Assembly (NCBI GenBank): GCA_963765895.1
Contig: CAVXZB010000088.1
Coordinates: forward strand, 122,236-186,235
DNA from: an uncultured Nitrososphaeraceae archaeon
GTDB lineage: Archaea > Thermoproteota > Nitrososphaeria > Nitrososphaerales > Nitrososphaeraceae
Length of the DNA: 64,000 bases
Direction of reading: 5' to 3'
The first letter of the stretch is position 1, and every line of letters begins with the position of its first letter. The notes below the pieces were generated by a model. That model ran no database searches and was not told where the DNA came from. It saw only the letters and a program-made list of their open reading frames with translations. Shown here one piece after another: positions 31,314 to 40,916 of this stretch. The position numbers and the translations under genes are program-made.

Positions 31314-31751
31314 CCACCGAATAATAGAATACTAGAGGCCATGGTACTAACTCTTAGATAATTTCGTTAGTTGCACCACATTCATTTTTAGTCTTTATTT
31401 AGGATATTGAGCTATTGGATTAATCCGACAACAAAATGTTTGTATACAAATTTGCTAACCCCAAATTAGAGCGTAATAATAGATTAGTAGGAGGAATAAG
31501 ATAAAGTAAAAAGATACCGATAAAGGAGTTAGCTTTTAAAAGCTTGACCAATGTAATATAGCAGAAGTTTCCAGAAACGTGGCCATAAGAGAGAGTCTCA
31601 TCATGAATTTAGATCAGCAATCTTATCACTTATTCACAACATATTTTGGTATCAATCGGTAAAATTGATTCCAGTGGCTGAAAAATTTCCTCTACCTAGT
31701 GATTGTTGTGTAGGCTGATACCTAAGGTTTTTGAGATAACCTTAAATTAGA

Positions 31752-32828
31752 ATGTCTAGCAGGTGGGGGTGTTTGAAGATTGTAGCAGTCCTCTATCCAG
31801 GAGGAGAAAAAGCAACGAATAATCCAGACTTACTGGGCTGCGCTGAAAACGCCCTTGGGCTTAAAGACTTTCTTGGAAAGAATGGCCATGAGCTTGTAGT
31901 ACTTACTGACCAAGAGTATGAGCTTGACAAACATCTTCCCACTACAGATGTTGTTATCACTACTCCGTTTTGGCCGGCTTATATTACGAAAGAGAGACTC
32001 ACAAAGGCGCCAAAACTTCGGCTGATTCTGACTGCTGGCGTTGGTTCAGATCATATAGATTTGGCTGGAGCAGCTACCCATAATGTTACAGTAGCGGAGA
32101 TCACTGGTAGCAACGTCGTAAGTGTGGCCGAACAGGTGATAATGCATATCTTGGCTTTAGTTCGAAATTATATTCCTGCTTACAAACAAGTTCTAGATGG
32201 TAAATGGGATATTGCAGAAATTGCTGCAAACGCACACGACTTGGAAGGCAAAACTGTTGGAGTCATAGGAACAGGAAGGATTGGACAGAGGGTATGTACT
32301 AGGCTCAAGGGTTTCGATATTAGTTTGCTTTACTATAACAACTTTCGACTCAGCACCGTTGAAGAGTTTGTCCTGGGTATTCGATATACACCCTTAGAAA
32401 AATTAATCGAAAAATCAGATATTATTTCCATCAATACCCCTTTAACTCCAGAAACAGATGGAATGTTTAATCGAGATTTGCTGTTCAGAATGAAAAAGGG
32501 TGCGTACCTTGTCAATACGGCTCGAGGAAAAATTATCGACACACAAGCTCTTGTAGAAGCCTTAGAGAAAGGGCATCTAGCAGGATATGCAGGAGATGTA
32601 TGGTTCCCCGAGCCTGCCCCTGCAAACCATCCCTGGAGAAATATGCCGAATCATGGGATGGTGCATCATTACTCCGGTACAACTTTGGAGGCACAAAAAA
32701 GATACGCCGATGGAATAAAAAACTGTCTAGTAAAATTCCTAAATGGGCAGCCAATTGAGCGAGATTACCTAATAGTAGATGATGGTAAGGTAGTGAGTCC
32801 TAGTTATAGCTACGCTTTCAAAAAGTAA
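31752..32828 (+). CDS. fdh: Metal-independent NAD(P)+-dependent formate dehydrogenase (D-2-hydroxyacid dehydrogenase family); likely TTG start at 31773
   Basis: KIVAVLYPGG, LLGC.ENALGL, TPFWPAY, AGVGSDH, GSNVVSVAE, GTGRIG, NTARG, GDVWFP.PAP..HPWR and HYSGTTLEAQ.RYA are FDH-specific signatures. Confidence 0.93.
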   Translation: MSSRWGCLKIVAVLYPGGEKATNNPDLLGCAENALGLKDFLGKNGHELVVLTDQEYELDKHLPTTDVVITTPFWPAYITKERLTKAPKLRLILTAGVGSDHIDLAGAATHNVTVAEITGSNVVSVAEQVIMHILALVRNYIPAYKQVLDGKWDIAEIAANAHDLEGKTVGVIGTGRIGQRVCTRLKGFDISLLYYNNFRLSTVEEFVLGIRYTPLEKLIEKSDIISINTPLTPETDGMFNRDLLFRMKKGAYLVNTARGKIIDTQALVEALEKGHLAGYAGDVWFPEPAPANHPWRNMPNHGMVHHYSGTTLEAQKRYADGIKNCLVKFLNGQPIERDYLIVDDGKVVSPSYSYAFKK

Positions 32829-32937
32829 TCCTGCAATTCCCAATAACTGCAATGGTCAGTATTTTTATTAGTCGATTATTTATGTTAAAGCAATATAATC
32901 TATACATCCTATTATGGTCTACCACCAGTCAGTCAAT

Positions 32938-33135
32938 CTAGTTTTTTGTTTTGTTATAACAAATCATAAGACCTACACAGATAAACCCGATTACCTCTGG
33001 AACCACGAATAGCTTAAATCTCTCTTCACCAGAAGCATTAAAGTATACCAGGCTTGTAACGGGACCCCCTACTAATCCTCCAAATATGCCAGCTAGAATT
33101 GCTATAGTAATTAATTTATCTTTGTTCAATTTCAA
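32938..33135 (-). CDS. Small 2-TM membrane protein
   Basis: 65 aa with two hydrophobic segments. Confidence 0.55.
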   Translation of the reverse strand: MKLNKDKLITIAILAGIFGGLVGGPVTSLVYFNASGEERFKLFVVPEVIGFICVGLMICYNKTKN

Positions 33136-33470
33136 GGATTCAGTAGTGTCATCAAACCTTTCAGCATATTATAATTTCTCTTGCCTTGTCTATTCTATAC
33201 AGACGACTTGATTTTAGAGTATGTTTTCAACAAATTCATTGTGGCCTGTCACTTATTGCGAACAACATATTGAAAATCTTACTTGTGAATGCCATAAACT
33301 ATCGCTTAAGATCAGCGCATCAGAATTAGTTCCCTTTAACAATGTTTTATAGCAGGTAAGAATCTAATCTTCTATGCCTACTCAAAGACGGTAAAAAGAA
33401 AGAAAATAAAAGTTAATTTATTTTCGTTATTTTATCTAGCCTTTTAGATCATTTAGCGCCGTGAGTTGTT

Positions 33471-34080
33471 TTAGGAACCCATCATGCCAGGACTTCCCAT
33501 CATTCCCATACCATGACCTATCATGCCAGGACTTCCCATCATTCCCATACCATGACCTATCATGCCAGGACTTCCCATCATTCCCATTGAGGGGTGCATC
33601 TTTGCCATCATATCCATCAAACTCATGGATTCGACAGATAGCACCTTACCGTTTCCAGGATCCACTAATACTCGGTGGACATTGTTGCTAGGATCTAGGT
33701 ACAAAGACATCATAAACTAGGAATCCCCTCTCCGGATGAATAAATGCTGCTACAGCTGATGAATTTAAACCTCCTCCAATTGCTTTCAATGCGTCTGTGG
33801 TAGCATCATTTAGGGTTGTGTGAATTCTGGACTTAAATGCATCCATTATAGGACTGAATAGCGATATAGAGCTGGTCCAATTTGCAGAGTTCATTGTCAT
33901 AGAATTTGGACTATGATAAGTCGGGTTATTACTTGGGATCTGCGTCGCCGTTGTACCATTAACTGGGTTGGTTTGTTGCTGAGCCAAGGCAATGCTACTA
34001 TTTGGTAACATTACAAATGCTATGGCTACGGCAATGCCAGACAGAGCGACTAAATAGCCGGCCGCATGTTTTGTCTTCAT
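33471..34080 (-). CDS. Secreted PepSY-like protein with a Met/His/Gly-rich tail, frameshifted near 33697
   Basis: Signal peptide ending ALAQ. GFLVYDVFV joins LDPSNNVHRVLVDPGNGKVLS (PepSY Y.V...V.VD..NG.VL pattern) once one C is removed. Tail GMMGSPGMIGHGM repeats. Confidence 0.82.
33481..33587 (-). repeat. 39-bp tandem repeat (2.7 copies) encoding MGMMGSPGMIGHG
   Basis: atcatgccaggacttcccatcattcccataccatgacct occurs at 33481, 33520 and partially at 33559. Confidence 0.95.
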
Positions 34081-34438
34081 ATCCAGATAGACAAGAAACT
34101 TTTTCCTATAATAAGGTTTATAGTGGAGAATAATTCATGGTATAAAAAAATTTCAGCCTATCAGATGGGCTCTAACATTTTTAAATAGTTTGATAGATAC
34201 TCATTTTATTTCTTACTTGTTGGAATCCATCCAAGTTTCATAAAATATTGATCTGATATAGTTAATGCTAAGATTTTATATATTTATAGGAGAAGATTGA
34301 GCCTATCGGTATGGTACAAAATATCCTTATGTCAGACGCGATTGTTATAATGATGTTCTAACCCAAATATGCGAGCAAGTATATGAAACATACAATTCAT
34401 AAATCTACTTACAAATAGCAATAAAAAAGTTTAAAATG

Positions 34439-34569
34439 CTAAACATGCCACTAGAATTCGTGGCTTTTCTATCTTTGACATCATCAAAATTTAAATCACA
34501 ATAGTGGCATTTTGTCCATGATATTAATCTGAGATTATGGTACTCTATTTTTGTTCCTTGAATGTTCAT
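34439..34569 (-). pseudogene. Decayed C2H2-type zinc-finger gene
   Basis: ...WTKCHYCDLNFDDVKDRK, then in a shifted frame HEF*WHV*. This is CxxC-x~12-HxxxxH with both a frameshift and a stop. Confidence 0.5.
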
Positions 34570-35169
34570 GTCTTCTTACCTCTCCTCCCTAACATTTTTT
34601 GAATTTAATCGATAAACCGTATATGTATATATTGTATTGATCTAGTTTTCTAGATTCTTTTCTTATGGTCCTTTGTTGTAATGCTTTCGTATAGTTCAAC
34701 GAAATGACCAAGTATGCAGTTCCAACCCTTCTTAAAATCGTCAATATAATCAGATTCGCAATTCTGAGTATACCTTGTACTAGAATCTGGTTTTGCAGGA
34801 AATAACAATTTTTGACTATTGGTTTATTTAGTATTGTCAGCTCACGATAAACAAAAGATCAAATTCGTTTTCATACCTATTCTATCATAGCTCTATTTTT
34901 CGCTATTTTATTTCTTCTCCTTCATTATCGCTACTTGCAAATCCAAAGATTTTATGTTTAGTATCATCATCCTCATTGTTATACTATCGATATCATTCAT
35001 CCATTAAATATTCCAACCAATGATACTATTAATGAAACTGCAATTATAGCGGCTGCAACAATTATGAATTTTGAGTTATTGTTCATCTATTGTTATAGGT
35101 GGCGTGTCTTAAGAACATTTGGTATTTAGCCTATATTATTAAAGGTATTTCCGAATTTACCAGAACTTG

Positions 35170-36141
35170 TCATGCCCCCTTGATCCCTTGTGCAACAAAT
35201 ATAGAATAACAGCCAAGGCCACACTGCTCGCATATAGGTTTCAATCCCTTGTTGTCAGCACTTCCTATACAACATGGCTGCTTTATCCTTCCCATATGAT
35301 CCAATGAAAGTATAGCCCAGGAAGGACAATCTACTGGTGTTGTACCACGCCCTCCCCAATTGCCTTTCATTAACCTTAATTGTTTCTCTCCATTGATAAC
35401 AAATGATGGATATTTTTTCCTCAAATCAATAAGCTTATCTACCACATGATTTCGAATCTCTCCAAATGGCAACCACAATGGATCTCCCTTTATGAAGGGT
35501 GTATGGAACTGGAAGCCTATCTTGTTTATCTTACCACTCCACTCATTTACTAGGTCTTCAACACTAGAATAATTTAGGGTATTAATAGTCATAGTGATCC
35601 AAATGTCTTTCCATAGCGGCTTACCATTACGCTCTGGGCCTGATGAAATATAGTTTAGGATATTTTGTTTGGTTGTTGAATAAGATCCCTTTCCTCTAAT
35701 TTTATCGTGGATCTCTTCGGTACCATCTAGGGAAATCCAGTAGAAATATAATTTTTCAAATCGTCTTAGAGGGAATGTTCCATTTGTTACAACACATATT
35801 CTTCTTGGCATTTCCTCGCAGAAAGCCTCTATAATATCTGGACGCATAGTTGGCTCTCCTCCCACCAGTGTAACGACAAATATTTGTTGTTTTTTAAATG
35901 TATTTTTAATTATTATTCTCCAATCCTGTGCGCTTAGGTCTTCTGAATCATTTTTTCTATTCAACCACCAGTAGCAATGACTACAATGTAAATTACAGAC
36001 ATTGTTAACGTCTACCGAGCCGTAAATAGCCGGTTTTGCCTTAAACAATCTAATTGAAACATATTTTTTAAATAAACTAACATGATATGGTAATTCATGA
36101 ATAATGTCAGTTATGCCACGGCCATAAATAATGTCTACCAT
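35170..36141 (-). CDS. Radical SAM enzyme with a Cys-rich C-terminal auxiliary-cluster domain
   Basis: CNLHCSHC, GGEP, TNG and ISLDG...HD.IRG motifs; C-terminal CPSW...PCC...CEQCGLGC. Confidence 0.93.
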   Translation of the reverse strand: MVDIIYGRGITDIIHELPYHVSLFKKYVSIRLFKAKPAIYGSVDVNNVCNLHCSHCYWWLNRKNDSEDLSAQDWRIIIKNTFKKQQIFVVTLVGGEPTMRPDIIEAFCEEMPRRICVVTNGTFPLRRFEKLYFYWISLDGTEEIHDKIRGKGSYSTTKQNILNYISSGPERNGKPLWKDIWITMTINTLNYSSVEDLVNEWSGKINKIGFQFHTPFIKGDPLWLPFGEIRNHVVDKLIDLRKKYPSFVINGEKQLRLMKGNWGGRGTTPVDCPSWAILSLDHMGRIKQPCCIGSADNKGLKPICEQCGLGCYSIFVAQGIKGA

Positions 36142-36527
36142 GCCCCTGCCTCTACCTTTTGCCTCCTATCCACATATAGATAGAGGATAATATGCGCAAT
36201 AAATAAGCATTGATGTAAGGCAGTGTACTACCATATAGTCCTGCCAATGAAATAATGATCATAATTTAGCTGGCTTATCGAGTTAGGAAAATGACCTTGG
36301 CTAGACACAAGATGATAGACGTAAGGTATAGAAAAGTAATAACAGATTCTCGTACTTAGTATCTTATAAGAGTCCCTTTTACTGTAGCAATGACTGGGAT
36401 TGATTTTTATCATCTCCTTGAGGAATCGATTGCATCCATTATAACTTGGGTGGCATGCATGCCGAATCGTTCTTTGCAATAATTTTCATTTTTGAAATTA
36501 GAATCCAGTTTGTTTGTTCTTAATAAA

Positions 36528-36794
36528 TCAGAGAGCCGGTTTACTGGCAGCAAGACAATCCATCCCTGACTTCCAAGTTAGTATAATAGTGCATTTATCG
36601 CAAACGCTGCTTTTTGCATTGGTTGCATAAACTTCACAACAAAAGATACATTTGTTGTATACCATTGATTTACCAGATCTTGCAGCATTTATACCAAAAT
36701 GAACTGTATTAAAACAGCTTATGCACAGATGTCGGTCACATGTAGAACATTTATGATACTCTTCATTCTTCTTACATCTTTCGCAGAGTGTCAT
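36528..36794 (-). CDS. Small Cys-rich multi-Zn-finger protein
   Basis: CERC, CSTC, CISC, CIFC and CDKC in 88 aa. Confidence 0.75.
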   Translation of the reverse strand: MTLCERCKKNEEYHKCSTCDRHLCISCFNTVHFGINAARSGKSMVYNKCIFCCEVYATNAKSSVCDKCTIILTWKSGMDCLAASKPAL

Positions 36795-37608
36795 CTATTT
36801 CAGGAACATTACCCATAAGTTAGTATGTAAACAATATACGTCCACTGATAGATATCGATAACAAATGAGCTTATCCGTGTATACCAAGAACATATTTAAG
36901 TATACAGCCTTGCTATATCAATCGTTCGGTAGATTTGTTGTGTCATACTCTTTAGCGTTGTCGCATGTGTATTTCTCATCTACGCCCAGTTAATGAAAAG
37001 ATATTTACATCCATAATGTAATGCGTCTACGCTCTTGATCTTATCTTGCAGGAGCTTGACATAACTATGTTAGGCTTTGTCGTTACAATGCGTAGGATAG
37101 ACCAGGGAAATTTGAATAGTGGATATTCCAAATTGTTGTACAATTGACAAACAAGGATGGGCCAAATATAACTCATAAAAGTTTATTGGAGAGCACCTTA
37201 TGTCTAGATTAACTGGAATGCAACTTGGAATATGCCTAGGCTGACTAGTCTGATAATATTAATGCTATTTCTACTAGGCCAATATACCATAAAATATAAA
37301 AGAAGATTGATTTTGTATGTAATGAATTAGTTTGACTACATTGATGGTCAAATGAGTATAAAATAGTCCATGAATCACCAAGAAATGCAGTACCATAAAG
37401 CAAATCAGAGTGCATAACATATCATATAAGATACACGTATATCGAAGTCATCGTAATAATGGTTTAATATGTACAAATGCAATCTACTATTTGTTATAGT
37501 ATATGAGTGAAGAGAACACAAGTTGTAGGCTATTTTTAGATACGTACATTTTCTTTTGTCGAGACCCGAAAATACATCATCAATTGTTTCTTCATATATT
37601 CTTAATTA

Positions 37609-38922
37609 ATGTCAGACATAAGAGCTACTGATATGAGTTTTTCCTTTTTACAGACAGTACAACAATTATCCCAGCCGTTATTGTCCTTTGGTGATCAGCC
37701 ATTTTTTCATGTATCTGCGTCGTCTTCGCCAGATACCTTAATCCAGGACTTTGCAGCAATTATGATAGTTGCTGCCATAATGCTAGTGATAACCCACAGG
37801 TTAAAGCAACCTATGGTAATAGGCTACCTAGTTGCTGGGATGATAATTGGTCCTTATACACCTCCATTTAGATTGATACAGAATGTTAACTCATTGAACA
37901 CATTTGCGGAGCTAGGAATTATAATGCTACTCTTTGTTATCGGAACAGAATTCCCAATAGCTAAGCTCAAATCAGTAGGACGAACCTCAATCATAGTGGC
38001 ATTACCAGAAACGATAGTGACTCTATTAATCGTATTCTTCGCTGCTCAGACGCTTGGTTTTTCATTCTTTGACTCATTGTTCTTAGCATTAGCCATGTCG
38101 GTTACAAGTACGGTAATAACAATCCGAGTTCTAGAGGAAATAGGCATGATCAAGGATAAATCAACTGTTCTAATACTTGGAATTTCGATCGTAGAAGATA
38201 TTATTGCTATCACTGCTCTTGGCATCTTTCAATCTGTAGCCGCGAATGAGGGTAATGTATCTATCTTGCAGGTCTCTATTTCATTAGGAATAGTTATCGC
38301 ATTTATTGGGAGTACACTTTTCTTAGGTTCAAGATATATCCCTACTATTATAGATAGAATCGGCAAGACACAGGACTATGCACTGATTTTAATTGTGATT
38401 CTTGGATTGGCATTTGGTTTGTCATTTGCAGCTAAAGAACTTGGTTTGTCAGTTGCGACCGGTGCCTTTTTGGCCGGTGTGTTAGTTGCTGAATCAAAGA
38501 GTGCCAATGTTGCTAGGGTGATAACAACACCGTTAAGAGATATGTTTGCTGCTATATTTTTTATATCCATAGGAGCCCTGATTAACCTATCCCAGGTTCC
38601 CTTGCTCATTGTTCCAGCAATGTTATTGATTCTTACTTCATTTGCGTCAAAATTCTTAATAATTACAGCAATATTAACTAAGGCAAAGGGATATGATGAT
38701 ACTACAGCACTAAGAACAGGATTAGGAATGGCTTCAGCAAGGGGAGAGCTATCATTGATCATCGCTAAGGCTGGTCAGGATATTGGAGCAATTACTTCCA
38801 CAGTTTTTCCGATATTAGGTATAGTGACTATAGTAACTGCCTTTATGACCCCATATGTCATTAAATTTGGAAACATTCTAAGAATTTCACAATCTGTGAC
38901 TTCTCACAGATACTGCAACTAG
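37609..38922 (+). CDS. Cation:proton antiporter (CPA2/Kef-type)
   Basis: KQP.VIGYLVAG.IIGP, AELG..LLFVIG.EF, IVEDI, GAFLAG, PLRDMF.AIFF.SIG and RGE motifs. Confidence 0.93.
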   Translation: MSDIRATDMSFSFLQTVQQLSQPLLSFGDQPFFHVSASSSPDTLIQDFAAIMIVAAIMLVITHRLKQPMVIGYLVAGMIIGPYTPPFRLIQNVNSLNTFAELGIIMLLFVIGTEFPIAKLKSVGRTSIIVALPETIVTLLIVFFAAQTLGFSFFDSLFLALAMSVTSTVITIRVLEEIGMIKDKSTVLILGISIVEDIIAITALGIFQSVAANEGNVSILQVSISLGIVIAFIGSTLFLGSRYIPTIIDRIGKTQDYALILIVILGLAFGLSFAAKELGLSVATGAFLAGVLVAESKSANVARVITTPLRDMFAAIFFISIGALINLSQVPLLIVPAMLLILTSFASKFLIITAILTKAKGYDDTTALRTGLGMASARGELSLIIAKAGQDIGAITSTVFPILGIVTIVTAFMTPYVIKFGNILRISQSVTSHRYCN

Positions 38923-39005
38923 AGAAAAGACTAGAAAATTTAGATTTCATTTTAGATCATGATGCCGCTATACGGAGATTGGTATACGCAGGCTAACTTT
39001 ATTGA

Positions 39006-39401
39006 CTATATCTCTATGATATCCTCTACGGTTTCCCCAGTTCCGCTTCTACGATGGCCATATAATTGCTCGATACATATCGCGAATCCTACATGAGCAC
39101 AATCGCCCTCCTTACAATATTTACAATAGGGAATACCTTTGTTTATCTCGACGTCTATCTCTGCGCATAAATATGTGTCATATAGGATGGTATGCACATC
39201 ATTTACAAATTTCAGTAAAACTATTGGATTACTAGTAGAGGCTAATGATTTTTTATCATCTGAGTTTAACCAGTGCATAAAGGCAATTGTGCCTTCGTCT
39301 AGTGTTTCGCATTTGTTCACCTTAATTTCATGTTTATACTTGCCATGACTCTCTAAACCAGAGAGTTCGTTTGGTTGATCGTTGTTACGTTGTTGTTCCA
39401 T
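39006..39401 (-). CDS. Hypothetical protein with a SWIM-like CxxC-x4-CxH site
   Basis: PYCKYCKEGDCAHVGFA near the C-terminus. Confidence 0.7.
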   Translation of the reverse strand: MEQQRNNDQPNELSGLESHGKYKHEIKVNKCETLDEGTIAFMHWLNSDDKKSLASTSNPIVLLKFVNDVHTILYDTYLCAEIDVEINKGIPYCKYCKEGDCAHVGFAICIEQLYGHRRSGTGETVEDIIEI

Positions 39402-39860
39402 AAAGTTTGCCTTTTGAACTCACCTATATTGATGAGAATAACTATATTAACGTATTTACCATTCCTATAAGTTAGAATTCAATCTTCAATTTTAGATTTT
39501 CAACGTATGATCCTTTGCAGTGGCTTCGTCTTACACAAAATTCGCAATAGATATACATTTTTTACTAAAAAAATATATTTGATTTAAGTTTTTTAAAAGT
39601 ATTGCGATATTTGATAGTATTCTATTAAAATTAAGAACCCTTGGTATTTTAGTTCTAATTATATTTCGAAAATATTATAATTCTTATATAATATCTATTA
39701 GATATTAAGTTATTTCTTATGAAAGGTTGAGGAAAGGGATCAGAAATTTCAAATACTATAAATATATCAGTTCCTTATGAATTCTCCACCCATATACTCG
39801 TCAAATTTCACAAATTTAATGGTAGATTCAAATCTTAAATATGACAAATACAAATGATTA

Positions 39861-40916
39861 TTGTATATCGTAGTATTGGATGATGATAACGAAATAACGA
39901 GAGAACACATTAGGGGTGATCCTAAACCGCTCGTGAATACGGGATCTACAAATTCAACCTCTAGCTTGATAAACGAAGGGATCCTAGCAGGTCAGAGAAT
40001 CGCCAAAATTTCTGTTATCACATTAATAAGTATTGGTATAGTAGAACTCGCAGCTGGATATTTTAGCGGTAGTGCGGTTGCTACAGCAGATGGAACTGAT
40101 TCCATATCTGATGCAATGATATCTTTCATAGTATTGTTGGGTCTGAGAATCGCGCACCGACCAGCAGATAAAAGGTTTCATTTTGGATATCATAAAGTCG
40201 AAAGCTTTGCTGCACTAATGGCGGCAATAGGAATGATCGTAATAGGCGGTATCATATTTTATCATTCTTATGAAGCCTTAATCCAACCAAGAGAAATTCA
40301 ACAGCCGGTATTAACTATGATCGTTCTAGCAGTTGCAGGAGGCATTTCTCTATACAGGGCATTTCAAATGAGAACAATCGCAAACAAATATGACATACTC
40401 TCATTAAAAACAGATGCTAAAAACTCGATAAAAGATGGCTCTGCTTCAGTCATCGGTTTCCTTAGTGTACTCATAGCCTCTCAACTTGGATTCTTACAAG
40501 CTGATGCTATAGGAGGTATGATCATTGCTGGTTACATCTTTTCAGTCTCCTATATTTCACTTAAGCGCTCATCTCTTATACTTGTGGATTCGTGGCAAGA
40601 TCCCAAGGTTACAGAGATCGTGAAGAAGACTATCGAAGAGAAATTCAGCTATGAACAAATTAGAGTTAGGTCAGTACTGCTTCGTCCTACTGGTCTAGTA
40701 ACACAAGCTGAAGTACATATCGAAATTGATGGTAACAAATCGTTAACTGAAGTTGAGTCATTATCGATTGAGATAGAGACTGAGATGCGTTCTCAAATTC
40801 CAACTATGGATAGAATCTCAATTGTGCCTCATTCCTCCTCAATGGCAAAACCCTCATCAAAGAGATGGAGTGGAATATTTCGTAATCGCCGGAATACCCT
40901 TCGTGGTCAACAGTAG
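39861..40916 (+). CDS. Cation diffusion facilitator (CDF) metal transporter
   Basis: S.VA.ADG.DS.SD, RPAD..FHFGY.K.E, six TM segments and a C-terminal EVHIEID dimerisation domain. Confidence 0.92.
   Translation: MYIVVLDDDNEITREHIRGDPKPLVNTGSTNSTSSLINEGILAGQRIAKISVITLISIGIVELAAGYFSGSAVATADGTDSISDAMISFIVLLGLRIAHRPADKRFHFGYHKVESFAALMAAIGMIVIGGIIFYHSYEALIQPREIQQPVLTMIVLAVAGGISLYRAFQMRTIANKYDILSLKTDAKNSIKDGSASVIGFLSVLIASQLGFLQADAIGGMIIAGYIFSVSYISLKRSSLILVDSWQDPKVTEIVKKTIEEKFSYEQIRVRSVLLRPTGLVTQAEVHIEIDGNKSLTEVESLSIEIETEMRSQIPTMDRISIVPHSSSMAKPSSKRWSGIFRNRRNTLRGQQ

Noticed and set aside
33481-33587. 39-bp repeats as a mini CRISPR array
   Set aside because: The repeats are contiguous, in frame within a CDS and have no unique spacers; no cas genes are present.
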